A stretch of 63,936 bases of DNA, counting the filler, from Octopus bimaculoides (Eukaryota): assembly GCF_001194135.2 (NCBI RefSeq). It is 7 parts of 5 records of this genome, joined end to end, with 100 filler letters (N's around TTAATTAATTAA, not from the genome) between each part and the next. Parts side by side here need not be neighbours in the genome. Positions count along the whole stretch, not along the records: positions 61,441 to 63,936 come from NC_068994.1; 6 more parts are not named here. The stretch is one strand, 5' to 3'. The position numbers were made by a program, and so were the translations under genes. A model generated the notes under the pieces. That model saw only the letters and a program-made list of their open reading frames with translations. It made no database searches and was not told where the DNA came from. This document shows positions 62,968 to 63,936 of the stretch, in pieces; positions within the stretch are counted from its first letter, which is position 1; each line of letters starts with the position of its first letter.

Positions 62968-63199
62968 TATTTCTTTATTGCCAAACAAGGGGCTAAACAT
63001 AGAGGGGACAAACAAGGACAGGCAAAAGGATTAAATCGATTACATCGACACCAGTGCGTAACGGGTACTTTATTTATCGACCCCGAAGGATGGAAGGCAA
63101 CGTCGACCTCGGCGGAATTTGAACTCAGAACGTAACGGCAGACAAAATACCGCTAAGCATTTCGCCCGGCGCGCTAACGTTTCTGTCAGCTCACCACCT
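62968..63199 (-). mobile_element. SINE family C copy with an alternative L1/Tx1-like tail
   Basis: Head and body match 8444-8656, but the tail is TTTGTCCCCTCTATGTTTAGCCCCTTGTTTGGCAATAAAGAAA. Confidence 0.85.
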
Positions 63200-63559
63200 A
63201 TCTATCTATCTAGCTAGCTATCTAGCTATCTATTGTGTGCATGTTTGTGTTTAACCTTCGTATATGTGTGCAACCGTTGAGTACTTCTATGGTTTTCCAA
63301 GTGCATCTGTACCTTCCTTCCTATGAGTGCAATGTACGCGTGCAGTTCCATAATTACCTACGTTTCCTGCATTACTGCGTCTGCTTTTCTTATTGGTGTG
63401 GTTTGTCTGCTATTTCTGTTTACTAAAACTTAATGAGCATTAATCATAAGAGAATAAATATAAACTGTCCAGACATACTCACTCATACATATACATTCAT
63501 ATGCGTACATACATACTTATAGATATATGCGTGTGTATGTGTGTATATATATATATGTA

Positions 63560-63693
63560 TTGCTTCCCAACCACGTGGTTCTGGATTCAATCCCACTGCG
63601 TGGCACCTTGGGCAAGTGTCTTCTACTATAGCCACGGACCGACCAAAGCCTTGTCAGTGGATTTGGTAGACGGAAACTGAAAGAAGCCCGTCG

Positions 63694-63733
<40 letters not shown>

Positions 63734-63936
63734 GGTGTGTGTGTGTGTGTATTTAAGTGTGTGTCTTTGTGTCTGTGTTTGTCCCCCTACCGTCACTTGA
63801 CGACCGATGTAGGTGTGTTTACGTCCCCGTCACTAGTGTTCCGGCAAAAGAAACCCGATAGAATAAATAGCAAGCTTACAAAGAATAAGTCCTGGGGTCG
63901 ATTTGTTCGACTAAAAGGCGGTGCTCCAGCATGGCC
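63560..63936 (+). mobile_element. SINE family A (5' slightly truncated, cut by window end)
   Basis: GGATTCAATCCCACTGCGTGGCACCTTGGGCAAG...(TA)n(TG)n...GGTGCTCCAGCATGGCC. Confidence 0.92.

Noticed and set aside
952-63426. Most long ORFs in the track (VCVC, THTH, YIYI, ERER, SLSL, MYVC and X-rich)
   Set aside because: They are translations of microsatellites and N gaps, with no codon complexity or domain motifs.

Overview
AT-rich, microsatellite-saturated animal genomic DNA from a gapped draft scaffold. The SINE families and repeat landscape suggest a coleoid cephalopod, probably Octopus; this is inference from recall, not a database search. I found no intact protein-coding gene that I can name. 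Almost every long ORF in the supplied track is a microsatellite or N-gap artefact, and the real coding signal is decayed transposons: Tc1, two mariners, two DD41D-like (rosa/Visitor) fragments, two Helitrons (one with a RepHel N-terminus), Penelope-like GIY-YIG fragments, four R4/Dong-like non-LTR pieces, two Tx1/L1-like ORF1 (gag-knuckle) copies, an APE endonuclease remnant, hAT and pogo MITEs, and about 20 copies of four tRNA-derived SINE families. The most interesting unexplained layer is a set of four sequence-unrelated minimal type I hammerhead ribozyme motifs (one with a fully intact core at 49953-50046). They lie in Penelope-type sequence, three of them in or beside long fold-back inverted repeats, and one directly downstream of a tRNA-like Pol III head within a Penelope 3' region. 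Other highlights are an ORF1-only (HAL1-like) retroelement sharing its 3' tail with a SINE, and evidence that the R4/Dong-like family targets (TACA)n microsatellites. A host gene with small exons may be present; only weak exon candidates could be proposed.
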